From Candidatus Latescibacterota bacterium (GTDB lineage Bacteria; Latescibacterota; UBA2968; UBA8231), in assembly GCA_965248355.1 (NCBI GenBank), contig OZ252098.1:3648001-3712000 (forward strand): 64,000 nucleotides of DNA, given 5' to 3'. This document shows, piece after piece, positions 1 to 9,306 of this stretch. The translations under genes were made by a program, and so were the position numbers. The notes beneath the pieces were generated by a model. The model saw only the letters and a program-made list of their open reading frames with translations, searched no databases and was not told the DNA's origin. The number at the start of each line of letters is the position of its first letter. Position 1 is the stretch's first letter.

Positions 1-2
1 CC

Positions 3-1295
3 CGGCGCTGCACCCTGCTGGCCGTGCCCGCCCACGACGGCCGGCTGGACGCCACCGTGGTGGCGCAGCCGGGCGACACCCTGTGGATGCGCCTGATCGA
101 CGCCGACGTCAACCACCGCCCCGGCGCCGTGGACACGGCCTTCGTCACCACCACCAACGGCACCGGCACTCGGAACGTGCCCCTGGTGGAGACCGGCACG
201 AGCGACAGCGTGTTCTTCGGCCACCTCCTCACCGGCGCTCAAGAAGACGGCCCTGGCCTCTCGGTTGCCGCCGGCGACACCCTGCGCCAGACGTACCAGG
301 ATCTCCATACAACCGGCGGCCTCGAGGCCCTCGTGGCCGACACCACCCGGGTGCTCGGCCTCTTCGGGGACGCCGACGCCAACGCCCGGCTGCAGGCCTT
401 CGACGCCTCGCGCATCCTCAACCACGTGCTGGCGCCTATGCTGGCGGAGCGGGATTCCCTCGCCGCCAACGTCGACTCCCTCGCCCCCTTCGGCGCCATC
501 ACGCCCTACGACGCCGCCCTCGTCCTGCAGCAGCGCGTCGGCCTGCGGCGACGGTTTCCCATCCAGGAGCCGGAGGCCGCCAACCACCCGCGGTCCGAGC
601 CGGATCCTGCCGTGGAGCCGGGCACCGGAGCCGGGCGTCCCCAGGCGGCGGAACGCCGCCTGGAGCTGCGCGACGGCGGCGATCACCTCGCCCTGTGGCT
701 GGACGAGCGCTCCGGGATCATCGCCGGGGACGTGCTGCTGCACTGGGACGAAGAGGTGAGAGCGCGCCTCGAGCCGTCGCCGGACCTGCAGGGCTTCCTG
801 GTCGCCTCCGGGCCGGCACCCGGAGGCCGAGGCCCGCACGTCCTGCGCGTCGTCCTGGCCGGCGCGAGACCGGCGACCGGTCCCGGCGAGCTCTTCCGCA
901 TCCAGCGGCCGGCCGGGACCGGGCTGTCCGGCGTGGCTGCGGTGACGGGCGTCCGCTTCAACGATGGACGGATCCCGGCCCGGGTGACCGCACCCGGCCC
1001 GGGATCGAGCCGCCCCGGCCGCTTCGCCCTGCACGCCAATCACCCGAACCCCTTCAACGCCGGCACCGTGATCCCCTTCGAGCTGGCCGAGTCGGGGCCG
1101 GTGCGGCTGACGGTGGTGAACCTGGTTGGCCAGGAGGTGCGCAGGCTGGTTCAGGAGACCCGGCGAGGGGGAGATCACCGCGTTCGCTGGGACGGGCGGG
1201 ACGAGGAGGGGCGGCCGGCGGCCACGGGGGTGTACTTGATACGGCTGCAGGCCGGCGCCCTGGAGCGGACGCGGCGGATGCTGTTGCTGCGCTAG
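3..1295 (+). CDS. 5'-truncated secreted protein with dockerin-like repeats, a cohesin-like region and a C-terminal FlgD-Ig (T9SS-like sorting) domain
   Basis: Frame is open to the window edge. Paired dockerin-like motifs LFGDADANARLQAFDASRIL and AANVD..GAITPYDAALVL. C-terminus FALHANHPNPFN...WDGRDEEGRPAATGVYLIRL...RRMLLLR. Confidence 0.8.
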   Translation, partial: RRCTLLAVPAHDGRLDATVVAQPGDTLWMRLIDADVNHRPGAVDTAFVTTTNGTGTRNVPLVETGTSDSVFFGHLLTGAQEDGPGLSVAAGDTLRQTYQDLHTTGGLEALVADTTRVLGLFGDADANARLQAFDASRILNHVLAPMLAERDSLAANVDSLAPFGAITPYDAALVLQQRVGLRRRFPIQEPEAANHPRSEPDPAVEPGTGAGRPQAAERRLELRDGGDHLALWLDERSGIIAGDVLLHWDEEVRARLEPSPDLQGFLVASGPAPGGRGPHVLRVVLAGARPATGPGELFRIQRPAGTGLSGVAAVTGVRFNDGRIPARVTAPGPGSSRPGRFALHANHPNPFNAGTVIPFELAESGPVRLTVVNLVGQEVRRLVQETRRGGDHRVRWDGRDEEGRPAATGVYLIRLQAGALERTRRMLLLR

Positions 1296-1299
1296 GCCC

Positions 1300-2073
1300 T
1301 CACCCTTTGGGCACCACCAGGGCGCGGTCGCCGTACGGGATCGAGTCCATGCCGGTGTCGTAGATGCGCTCGAGGAAGTCCCGGTCCCAGGGCCGCTCGG
1401 CCGCCGGCAGCCGCTCCACCAGGCCGTCCTTCAGGAAGATGAAGTGGTCGCCGTAGAGGAAGGCGCTGTTCGGGTCGTGGAGGACGGAGAGGACGGTGAG
1501 ATCGGAGTCCACCAGCTCACGGATCAGGCGCAGGAGGTGGGCCTGGTTGAGGAAGTCGAGGTGGGAGGTCGGCTCGTCGAGGAGGATGAGGCGCGGCTGC
1601 TGGGCCAGGACCCGGGCGATGCGCACCATCTGCTGCTCGCCGCCCGACAGCTCGGTGTAGGGCCGCTCTCTCAGGTGGAGTATGCCGACCCGCCGCAGGG
1701 CGTCGACGGCGATCTCCAGGTCCTCCCGCTTGGGCGCGTAGCTCACGTAGCTGGCGCGCCCGGTGAGCACCACGTCCTCCACGGCGAAGGGGAAGACCGG
1801 GCGGTGGTGCTGGGGCAGGTAGCCGAGGACCTTGGCCCGCCCCCGGGAGGAGAAGGAGAGCAGCTCCTCGCCCATGATGCGCACCTCGCCGCTCTCGAAC
1901 TCCAGCATGCCTCCCAGGATGCGCATGAGCGTCGACTTGCCGCTCCCGTTCTTGCCCAGCAGCACGGTGAACTCCCCCTGCGGGATCTCCAGGGAGATGT
2001 CGTTGAGGATCGGCCGGCCCTCGTAGGCGAAGGAGAGCCCCTCGACCTGGATCGCCGGCGTCAGCTCTCCCAT
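1300..2073 (-). CDS. Iron-chelate/cobalamin ABC transporter ATP-binding protein (FecE/FepC/BtuD type)
   Basis: Walker A GKNGSGKST, signature LSGGEQQ, Walker B ILLDEPTSHLD. Confidence 0.92.
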   Translation of the reverse strand: MGELTPAIQVEGLSFAYEGRPILNDISLEIPQGEFTVLLGKNGSGKSTLMRILGGMLEFESGEVRIMGEELLSFSSRGRAKVLGYLPQHHRPVFPFAVEDVVLTGRASYVSYAPKREDLEIAVDALRRVGILHLRERPYTELSGGEQQMVRIARVLAQQPRLILLDEPTSHLDFLNQAHLLRLIRELVDSDLTVLSVLHDPNSAFLYGDHFIFLKDGLVERLPAAERPWDRDFLERIYDTGMDSIPYGDRALVVPKG

Positions 2074-3068
2074 CCGATCCGCGCCCTCTTGAGGAGGAAG
2101 ATGAAGAACGGCCCGCCGAGCAGGGTGGTGAAGACCCCCACCGGGATCTCGAAGGCGGCCAGCGTCCGCGAGAAGGTGTCGACCAGCAGCAGGAAGGCCC
2201 CGCCGAAGGCGAAGGAGGCCGGCAGGGTGTGGCGGTTGTCCGGCCCCAGGAGCATGCGCACCATGTGCGGGACGGCCAGCCCGATCATGCCGATGACCCC
2301 GGCCACGGCGATCGCCGCCGACGCGGCCAGGGTCGCCGGCACCAGGATCAGTATCCGTTCGCGTTCCGGGTTCAGGCCCACGGCCCGGGCCTCCTCGTCG
2401 CCCTGGGCCAGCACGTTCATGCGCCAGCGGAACAGGAAGAGCCAGACGACGCCGACGGTCACCCCCGGGGCCGCCGAGCGCAGCTTGGCCCAGCTCGAGT
2501 TGTGCAGGTTGCCCATGGTCCAGTGGACGATGGTCTGCAGCTTGTACGGGTCGGTGAGGAACTGGACGATGGTCAGCAGGGCGGTGAAGATGCCGGTGAC
2601 GATCACCCCCGAGAGGATGAGGGAGACCACCGACACGGTCTTGCGGGTGCGGGCGAGGAAGTAGGCGAGGCCGACGGCGAGCAGGGCAAAGCCGAAGGCG
2701 GTCGGTTGCACCGGCAGAAGCGGCACCGTCAGGGCCAGGGCGGCGCCGAAGGCGGCCCCCGACGAGAGCCCGAGGATGTAGGGGGCCACGAGGGGGTTGC
2801 GGAACAGCGCCTGCAGGGCGTTGCCGGCCGCGGCCAGGGCGCCCCCCACCAGGAAGGTGAGGAGGATGCGCGGCATCCGCACCTCCCAGACGATCGTGCC
2901 GACCAGCGACTCTTCGGCGCCGGCGGCCTCCTCGCCGAAGACCAGGCCCCAGAGCCAGGCCAGGATCTCTCCCGCCTCGGCGCTCGCCGAGGGGCCGAGG
3001 AGCAGGGACCCCAGGAGGATGGGCAGCGGGCAGAAGTAGATGAGGCGGCGGAGCAGGGTGACGTTCAT
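2061..3068 (-). CDS. FecCD/BtuC-family ABC transporter permease
   Basis: RMPRILL, QALFRNPLVAPYILGLSSGA, GDEEARAVG and EIPVGVFTTLLGGPFF motifs. Overlaps the ATPase gene. Confidence 0.92.
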   Translation of the reverse strand: MNVTLLRRLIYFCPLPILLGSLLLGPSASAEAGEILAWLWGLVFGEEAAGAEESLVGTIVWEVRMPRILLTFLVGGALAAAGNALQALFRNPLVAPYILGLSSGAAFGAALALTVPLLPVQPTAFGFALLAVGLAYFLARTRKTVSVVSLILSGVIVTGIFTALLTIVQFLTDPYKLQTIVHWTMGNLHNSSWAKLRSAAPGVTVGVVWLFLFRWRMNVLAQGDEEARAVGLNPERERILILVPATLAASAAIAVAGVIGMIGLAVPHMVRMLLGPDNRHTLPASFAFGGAFLLLVDTFSRTLAAFEIPVGVFTTLLGGPFFIFLLKRARIGWES

Positions 3069-3182
3069 GGGCCGCCGTCCGGTGAGCTCATGCTGGTCGG
3101 TGCGCTGTCAGGCGATTGCAGGTTGGAGACATAATAGAGGGGCCGGCCTGGCGGGGCGAGACTGGGGCGGCCGGGGGTGACC

Positions 3183-3358
3183 TCAGGCGACCAAGCTCCG
3201 CCGGGCGATCCGGGCGAGGCCGCTGGTCGATGGACCGTGGACCCGCCGGTGACCAGGCGATCCCCAGCTCGGCCAGGCGCTCCGGCAGAGCCGGCCATCG
3301 ACCGGGCGTCCGGCTGGCGGCAGACTCACGCGATCCCCAGCTCGGCCAGGCGGTCCGG
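3183..3358. repeat. Three degenerate ~33-bp direct repeats, period ~70-73 bp, copying the 3' end of the oxidoreductase gene
   Basis: 3257-3286 vs 3330-3359 match at 29/30 nt. A more degenerate copy lies at 3183-3213. Confidence 0.75.
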
Positions 3359-4828
3359 CTCGCCCAGGTAGTAACCAGCCCGCACCAGGGCTTGCTGCAG
3401 GGAGCGGATGTCCACCTCCCGCGGCGGGACCCCGGCGGCGGCCGCCTCCGCCGCGGCCATGCCGGCCACGCCCCCGGTGACCTTGGCGATCCAGCGCCAG
3501 CGCAGGCTGGCGGTGCGCTCCCGGCCGATCGACCGGCCGGCGGCCAGCATGCCCTCCACCCCCCGGGGCAGGAACTGCCGCAGGGGCATGTCGAAGTAGT
3601 GGCCCTCCTCGCGGTTCTTCAGGTCGACGAGCCGCCGCGCGCGGCCCTCCCGTTTGGCCTCCTCGTCGTAGCGGTAGAGGGTGGTCAGCACGTGCACCAC
3701 GTCGTCGAATCTCCGCTCGTCCACGATGTCCTTCTCCGCAAGGGTGTAGTCCGGCACGATGGTGCGGCTCCAGCGGTTGCCCATGTAGGGCGCCGTCTGG
3801 CTCACGCGGGCCTGCCCGAAGCCGGGGACGTGGCGGCTGTAGAAGTCGATGGTGTCGTAGGCGTGCTGCCGGGCGGAGGCCTCGATCGTGGAGCGGTCCA
3901 GGGCGTTGAGGACCGACAGCCGGCCGGGCGGCCAGCGCACCTCGATGGTGGTCACGTCCTGGTCGTGCGTCCCGAAGGGGATCTTGTAGGCGTAGGCCCC
4001 GCCCGGTACGGAAGCCACGTACCTGAAGGCGCCGGAGGACCAGTCCGCCATGATGAAGGGCAACAGCTCGCGCGGGTAGTTCTTCCAGACCATCTGCATC
4101 GACTCGACCAGCACCTCGTCGACCCAGCGCTGCTCGTCGGCGGACAGAGGCTTGTCCCGTTCGCTCGCCCTGAAGGCCTCGTATTCCCCCCAGTCCACGC
4201 CCTCGACGCGGAAGAACAGGCCCATGCCGGACTCGTCGCTGGCGTGGCGCTCATCGGTGGCGGCGCCGGCGGCGGCGGCCACGTCGGCCTCGCCGGTGGT
4301 GTCGACCACGACCCGGGCCAGCACCGCCCGCCGGCCCTCGGGGGTCTCCACGAAGACGCCGCCAACGGTGCCGTCCTCGACGATCGCCCCCGCCACCGTG
4401 GTGGACAGCAGCAGGGACACCTCCAGCTCCCGCAGCCTCTGGAGGGCGAGCCGCTGGAACTCGTTGCGGTCGATCACCGGGATCGGAGCCATCCCGTTCC
4501 ATCGCCAGGGCACGTTGTCGCCGCCGCTGATGAAGTCGAAGGTGCGGATGCCGCCGCGGCGGTCCAGCTCGGCCAGGAAGTCGCCCACCTGGCCGCCCAG
4601 GCCGCGTTCGTGGAGCCTCGGGCTCTGCCAGAGGTCGTGGCGCGACCCGAGGCCCGGGCCGTAGTTGCCGCCCACGGTGGAGTACTCGTCGACCAGGGTC
4701 GTGCGGGCCCCGTGCGCGGCCGCCTCCAGGGCCGCGTAGAGCCCGGCGATCCCGGCTCCCGCGACCAGCACCTCGGTCTCGTGAAGGACCGGCACCTCCC
4801 GCGCCGGCTCGTGTACCACTCTGGTCAC
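3326..4828 (-). CDS. FAD-dependent oxidoreductase (FAD_oxidored family)
   Basis: GTG start after GAAAGGAAGG. VLVAGAGIAG Rossmann motif, VVDTTGEADVA, and C-terminal GMLAAGRSI..GGVAGMAAA..DIRSLQQAL. The longer ORF call to 6310 is an overextension. Confidence 0.85.
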   Translation of the reverse strand: MTRVVHEPAREVPVLHETEVLVAGAGIAGLYAALEAAAHGARTTLVDEYSTVGGNYGPGLGSRHDLWQSPRLHERGLGGQVGDFLAELDRRGGIRTFDFISGGDNVPWRWNGMAPIPVIDRNEFQRLALQRLRELEVSLLLSTTVAGAIVEDGTVGGVFVETPEGRRAVLARVVVDTTGEADVAAAAGAATDERHASDESGMGLFFRVEGVDWGEYEAFRASERDKPLSADEQRWVDEVLVESMQMVWKNYPRELLPFIMADWSSGAFRYVASVPGGAYAYKIPFGTHDQDVTTIEVRWPPGRLSVLNALDRSTIEASARQHAYDTIDFYSRHVPGFGQARVSQTAPYMGNRWSRTIVPDYTLAEKDIVDERRFDDVVHVLTTLYRYDEEAKREGRARRLVDLKNREEGHYFDMPLRQFLPRGVEGMLAAGRSIGRERTASLRWRWIAKVTGGVAGMAAAEAAAAGVPPREVDIRSLQQALVRAGYYLGEPDRLAELGIA

Positions 4829-4936
4829 CCCTGCCTTCCTTTCGACCGGCGGCGTCCCTGCCGCGGGCGGGGGTAACAAAGGCCATTCCCGGACCCCCGG
4901 CGAGCCGTTAGATTGGCGGGAAGGAGGATCTCGCGA

Positions 4937-6304
4937 ATGGGCATTCCGGCGGGCTGGCCCGACCCCCACCTGCATCTCTTTCTGACCGATGAGGAGGTCG
5001 ACTCCCTGGCCGGCGTGACCCGGCTGATCAACCCCATGCGCCGGGAGTCCCTGGAGCCGGTCCTGCGCCCGGATCAGCCCTGGGAGATGGGACAGGTCGT
5101 GCCCCGCCGCATCCTCCACGACCCGGCCGATGGGCTGTACAAGTGCTGGTACCTGGCGGCGACCACCAACGAGCCCTCCCCCTGGCGCTACGGGACCGGG
5201 CTCGCCACCTCCCCCGACGGGATCACCTGGGAGAAGCCGGACCTCGATGTGGTGCGCTACGAGGACGGATCTCCCACCAACATCGTGGACCTGCCGCGGG
5301 GGTCCAACGCGCGCCTGCTGTTCCCCTGGCTCGACGCGCCGGGCGCGGCGCCTGGCGAGAGATTCCTCGCCACCCTGTATCAGAGCGGCAACTCGCGGCA
5401 GCGGGGCATCTACCGGGCCGCGTCCCCGGACGGGATCCACTGGACGGTCGGTGAGGAACCGGTGATCCGCGCCGGGGACCGGTACTCCATCTCCCGCGAT
5501 CCGGTGCGCCAGGTGTGGATGCTGACCACGCGCAGGGGCACCGCGGCCAAGGTCCTTCGGCAGCGGGAGGTCTCCCTCTGGGAGAGCGAGGACCTGCGGA
5601 CGTGGTCCTTCCGGGGGCACCTGCTGAGGGCCGACGAGCAGGACCGCCCCAACACCGAGTTCTACAGCATGCTCCCCCTGCGCTACGGCCCCGGAATGAT
5701 CGGTTTCCTGGAGGTCTACCACCGGGCCGTGGAGCGCCTGGACACGCAGCTCTGCTGGAGCCGCGACGGCCGCCACTGGCAGCGCGTGGGCCATCGCGAC
5801 GCCGTCCTGACGCGGGGCGGCGAAGGCAGCTGGGACTCCCATTGGGTCGTCCCCACCAACAACGCCCCGGAGGCCGTGGGCGACCGCCTGCGCTTCTGGT
5901 ACTCGGGCGGCGGCACCCACCACGGCTCCAAGGGCGGGCACCGCCGGGCCATGGGCCTGGCCTCGATCCGGCGGGACGGCTTCGTCTCCATCGAGGGGAG
6001 AATGGAGCCCGGCTTCCTGCTCACGGCGGCCCTCGACGCCACCGTGCCGCGGCGGCTCACCGTGAACCTGAACGCGGGCACCGGGGAAGCCGCCGTCGAG
6101 GTCCTGCACCCCGACGGCGGGACGATCGAGGGATACGGCGCCGAGGACGGCGGGCTCTCCGGGCGCGACGGGGTCGCCCTGACCCCGGGCTGGCGCCGGG
6201 GCGGCGTGATCCCTCCCCAGGCCGGCGGACGCGTGCACCTCAAGTTCAACCTCCGCAACGCCAGTCTCTACTCCTACCGCTGGGCGCCGGCGGCCGACGG
6301 CTGA
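4937..6304 (+). CDS. Five-bladed beta-propeller glycoside hydrolase-like protein (GH32/GH43/GH130-like)
   Basis: RBS AAGGAGG at 4921. Repeated SxDGxxW Asp-box motifs (TSPDGITWEKP, ASPDGIHW, WSRDGRHW), GEGSWDS, GLASIRRDGFVS. Confidence 0.7.
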   Translation: MGIPAGWPDPHLHLFLTDEEVDSLAGVTRLINPMRRESLEPVLRPDQPWEMGQVVPRRILHDPADGLYKCWYLAATTNEPSPWRYGTGLATSPDGITWEKPDLDVVRYEDGSPTNIVDLPRGSNARLLFPWLDAPGAAPGERFLATLYQSGNSRQRGIYRAASPDGIHWTVGEEPVIRAGDRYSISRDPVRQVWMLTTRRGTAAKVLRQREVSLWESEDLRTWSFRGHLLRADEQDRPNTEFYSMLPLRYGPGMIGFLEVYHRAVERLDTQLCWSRDGRHWQRVGHRDAVLTRGGEGSWDSHWVVPTNNAPEAVGDRLRFWYSGGGTHHGSKGGHRRAMGLASIRRDGFVSIEGRMEPGFLLTAALDATVPRRLTVNLNAGTGEAAVEVLHPDGGTIEGYGAEDGGLSGRDGVALTPGWRRGGVIPPQAGGRVHLKFNLRNASLYSYRWAPAADG

Positions 6305-6327
6305 CGCCACCCGACGGGAGAACAGCG

Positions 6328-8100
6328 ATGCAGCGGACCATACTCGTCCTGGCCTTCGGGATCGCCGCCTCCGCGGCGGCCGAGGAGATCGGCCTGGCCG
6401 AGGTGCGCCTCACCCTGCTCGACGCCGAGGCCACGGGGTACGCCACCTTCCAGTCCCACAACCAGAAGGTGGCCGCCAACGCCAACGGCATCTTCACCAC
6501 CCACATCCGTTCGCGCAACGAGGCCTTCACGGCCCAGCAATGGCGCCTCTCCCGCAGCCTCGACGGCGGCGCCACCTTCGAGACCCTGTACGAGTCGGTG
6601 GACGCCACCAACGCCCCGGCCATCGAGACCGACGCCGCCGGCAACCTCTACCTGGTGCGCTCCGACTTCGTCGACGGCAGCGCCAGCCTCTACCGCTTCC
6701 AGGCGGACGACGGCCACGCGCAACCCGCCGTGGCCCGCATCCCGGGCGGCAGCGCCGGCAAGTACTGCATGAACCTCGACGAGACCCGGGGCCGGCTCTA
6801 CTACTTCGCCTGGGGCCGTTCCCTCTTCGTCCTCGACCTCGACGGCGGCCTCCTGGAACGCCAGGAGCTGACCGTGGACGGCGCCAACGCGGGGCCCCAG
6901 TACCCCCTGTCCTTCCTCGACCCTTCCGGCGTGCTGCACGCCGCCTGGACCACGCAGAAGCTCGGGGTCTACCTGTACTGGGACATCCACTACATGGCCT
7001 CCGACGACGGCGCGCGGAGCTGGCGGCGCATGGACGGCGCGCCGCTGCAGATACCGCTGCCGGTCGACGACAGCGGCCCCAGCGACCGCATCACCCTCGA
7101 CGACGAGTTCGAGGTCCATTCGTGGCTGTCGAACCTGCTGGTGAAGGACGGCAAGGCTCACTTCGCCTACGCCGCCCTGGCCGATTCCTGGCGCCAGCAC
7201 TACGTGCGTTACGACCTGGCCGCGGCGGCGCGGGACGTCGACCTGTTCCCCATCTTCGAGGGCGAGGAGATCCGCCTCGCCAGCCTGGACGGGTTCTTCG
7301 CCAGCCGCGCCGGGCTGCCGGAGGCCCCCCTCTACTACGTGTCGAGCGCCGGCGGCCGCCTGGGATGCCTGGCCAGCGACGACAACGGCGAGACCTGGTA
7401 CGACTACGCGGTCTCCGAGGAGAGCTGGAACCCCTACTCCATCGGCGGGGCCCGCGAGCTGACCGCCGGCGGCGCCATCATCGGCACCTTCACCGACTAC
7501 CAGGCGACGGAGGACCGGGACAGCTCCCAGGTCCACTTCTTCCGCATCCAGGCGGGGCTGTCGAGGGCCCGCCTCCGGATCGAACCCGGCGCTGACGGCC
7601 GCCAGTCGCTGCGCTTCCACGAGGTGCGGGGCCGGCCCCGGGAGGTGCGCTTCCGTGCATCCGGCGAGTGGGGGGAGTGGCGGCCCTTCGCCGAGGACAT
7701 GGACGCGGACCCCGGAGGGCCCCCGGCCCACTTCCAGCTGCGTAGCCACCTCGGTGTCGAGTCACCGGTCTTCGCCGTGGAGGCCACCACCGCCGTGGGA
7801 GAGAGCGCCGCATCCCCCGACGGCCTCGACCTGGCGCAGAACTCCCCCAACCCCTTCAACACCTGGACCACCATCGGCTTCGATCTGCCGAGGCGCGGGG
7901 ACTGTCACCTGTCCATCTACGACCTGCGCGGACGGCGGGTGCGCGCCTTGCTGATCCAGGCCGACCTGCCCCCGGGCCGGCACCGGGTCGCCTGGGACGG
8001 GACCGACGAAGCCGGCGGCGCGGCGGCCTCCGGGGTCTACCTCTACCGGCTGCGAGCCGGAGACGAGACCCGCACGCGGCGGCTGGTGCTGGTGAAGTGA
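6328..8100 (+). CDS. Secreted BNR/Asp-box beta-propeller protein with C-terminal FlgD-Ig (T9SS-like) domain
   Basis: Signal peptide MQRTILVLAFGIAASAAA. Asp boxes SLDGGATF, SDDGARSW, SDDNGETW. C-terminus LAQNSPNPFN...WDGTDEAG..ASGVYLYRL..TRRLVLVK. Confidence 0.8.
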   Translation: MQRTILVLAFGIAASAAAEEIGLAEVRLTLLDAEATGYATFQSHNQKVAANANGIFTTHIRSRNEAFTAQQWRLSRSLDGGATFETLYESVDATNAPAIETDAAGNLYLVRSDFVDGSASLYRFQADDGHAQPAVARIPGGSAGKYCMNLDETRGRLYYFAWGRSLFVLDLDGGLLERQELTVDGANAGPQYPLSFLDPSGVLHAAWTTQKLGVYLYWDIHYMASDDGARSWRRMDGAPLQIPLPVDDSGPSDRITLDDEFEVHSWLSNLLVKDGKAHFAYAALADSWRQHYVRYDLAAAARDVDLFPIFEGEEIRLASLDGFFASRAGLPEAPLYYVSSAGGRLGCLASDDNGETWYDYAVSEESWNPYSIGGARELTAGGAIIGTFTDYQATEDRDSSQVHFFRIQAGLSRARLRIEPGADGRQSLRFHEVRGRPREVRFRASGEWGEWRPFAEDMDADPGGPPAHFQLRSHLGVESPVFAVEATTAVGESAASPDGLDLAQNSPNPFNTWTTIGFDLPRRGDCHLSIYDLRGRRVRALLIQADLPPGRHRVAWDGTDEAGGAAASGVYLYRLRAGDETRTRRLVLVK

Positions 8101-8112
8101 GCCCGGCCGCCC

Positions 8113-8141
8113 TTGACAGATTTTCCCATGCTGGGTAGGGT
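8113..8141 (+). promoter_or_regulatory. Putative sigma70 promoter
   Basis: TTGACA-N17-TAGGGT, about 20 bp upstream of the ATG at 8161. Confidence 0.55.
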
Positions 8142-8160
8142 CCCGCCCGGGAGACAAGCG

Positions 8161-9303
8161 ATGAGCAGAAGGACAGCCCCCTGGCGAGGAATGCTGCTGG
8201 CCGGCCTGGCGGCCGTGGCCGCGGCGCACGGGAGCGAAGAGGGGGAGCTGCGCTTCAACCGGGTGGAGGGGATCTTCCTGGGCGCCCGGAAGGACCTCGC
8301 CTACCCCGCCGCCAGCGGCCGCGGATCGACCAGCTACGGCCATCTCGGCTATGCCTTCGGCGCCCGGCAATGGCAGTACCAGGTGGGTATCGAGGAGTTC
8401 TTCCTTGGGCGTTCCCCCCGGAGGCGGGAGAGTCTCGGCGTCGAGTTGCACGATCGGATCGAGTCCCAGGATACCTGGCTCCTGAGCACCGAGGAGAACT
8501 CGGTCTACGCCGCGCTCTTCCGCCGGGACTACTTCGACTACTACCAGCGGCGGGGATGGAGCGTCTACACCCGCTACGACCATGTCGACCAGGTGCGGGT
8601 GACGGGACGCTGGAGCCGCGACGAGTTCTCCTCCCTCGACTCGCAGGGGGACTGGAGCCCCGTGGACTGGCACCTCGGGCGCTGGCACCCGCTGCGCACC
8701 CGGTTGGCGCACGATGCCTTCAGGGCCAACCCGGCGGCCGACGAAGGCCGGGCCTTCAGCCTGCGGCTGGACATCCGGGTGGACCCGGACCGGCCGAGGT
8801 GGTCCGGCCGGAGATGGCGGGTCGAGGGCATGGTCGAGCGGGGCGGGGGCCGTCTCGGCGGCGACTTCGCCTTCCGCCGGTTCCTGCTGGACGCCAGGCG
8901 GTACCTGCTCCACGGAGGCAACGAGCTGGATCTGCGCCTGCGCCTGGGACGGGGCTCCGGGGAGCTGCCCCGCCAGTACCTCTACCACCTCGGCGGATAC
9001 TCCACCCTGCGCGGCTACCCGCACAAGGCCTTCTCCGGCGACCGGATGGTGCTGCTGAACATCGAGTACTGGCACGAGGGCGTGGGGGTCCTGCTCGACA
9101 CGGGCGCCGCCTGGTTTTCCCCCCAGGGGGCCCGCCGGGCCCTGGAACGGGGCGCCCCCGAGCCGGAGGAGGGACCCCGCTACAGGCGGAGCCTGGGCTT
9201 CGCCGCCCGTCTCGAAGATGACTTCCGCGTCGGCATGGCCCGTCCCCTGGACGGCCCGCACCGCGGCTGGCGCTACTTCGCCCGCTGCAACCGGACCTTC
9301 TGA
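8161..9303 (+). CDS. Outer-membrane beta-barrel protein (BamA/TamA/DUF5686-like)
   Basis: Signal peptide, LRFNRVEG motif, LGGYSTLRGY (Omp85-like L6 motif), terminal Phe. Confidence 0.7.
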   Translation: MSRRTAPWRGMLLAGLAAVAAAHGSEEGELRFNRVEGIFLGARKDLAYPAASGRGSTSYGHLGYAFGARQWQYQVGIEEFFLGRSPRRRESLGVELHDRIESQDTWLLSTEENSVYAALFRRDYFDYYQRRGWSVYTRYDHVDQVRVTGRWSRDEFSSLDSQGDWSPVDWHLGRWHPLRTRLAHDAFRANPAADEGRAFSLRLDIRVDPDRPRWSGRRWRVEGMVERGGGRLGGDFAFRRFLLDARRYLLHGGNELDLRLRLGRGSGELPRQYLYHLGGYSTLRGYPHKAFSGDRMVLLNIEYWHEGVGVLLDTGAAWFSPQGARRALERGAPEPEEGPRYRRSLGFAARLEDDFRVGMARPLDGPHRGWRYFARCNRTF

Positions 9304-9306
9304 ACC

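Noticed and set aside
3069..3325. Cobalamin riboswitch upstream of the BtuC-like permease
   Set aside because: No GGGAA...GCCACTG core or B12-box was seen on the minus strand.
3183..3358. CRISPR array (repeat ~33 bp, spacer ~39 bp)
   Set aside because: The repeats are degenerate, non-palindromic and one is coding sequence. No cas genes or AT-rich leader are present.
4829..6310. 994-aa ORF 3326..6310 as a single protein
   Set aside because: The N-terminal half is the antisense shadow of the gene at 4937-6304. The real start is the GTG at 4828 with an RBS.
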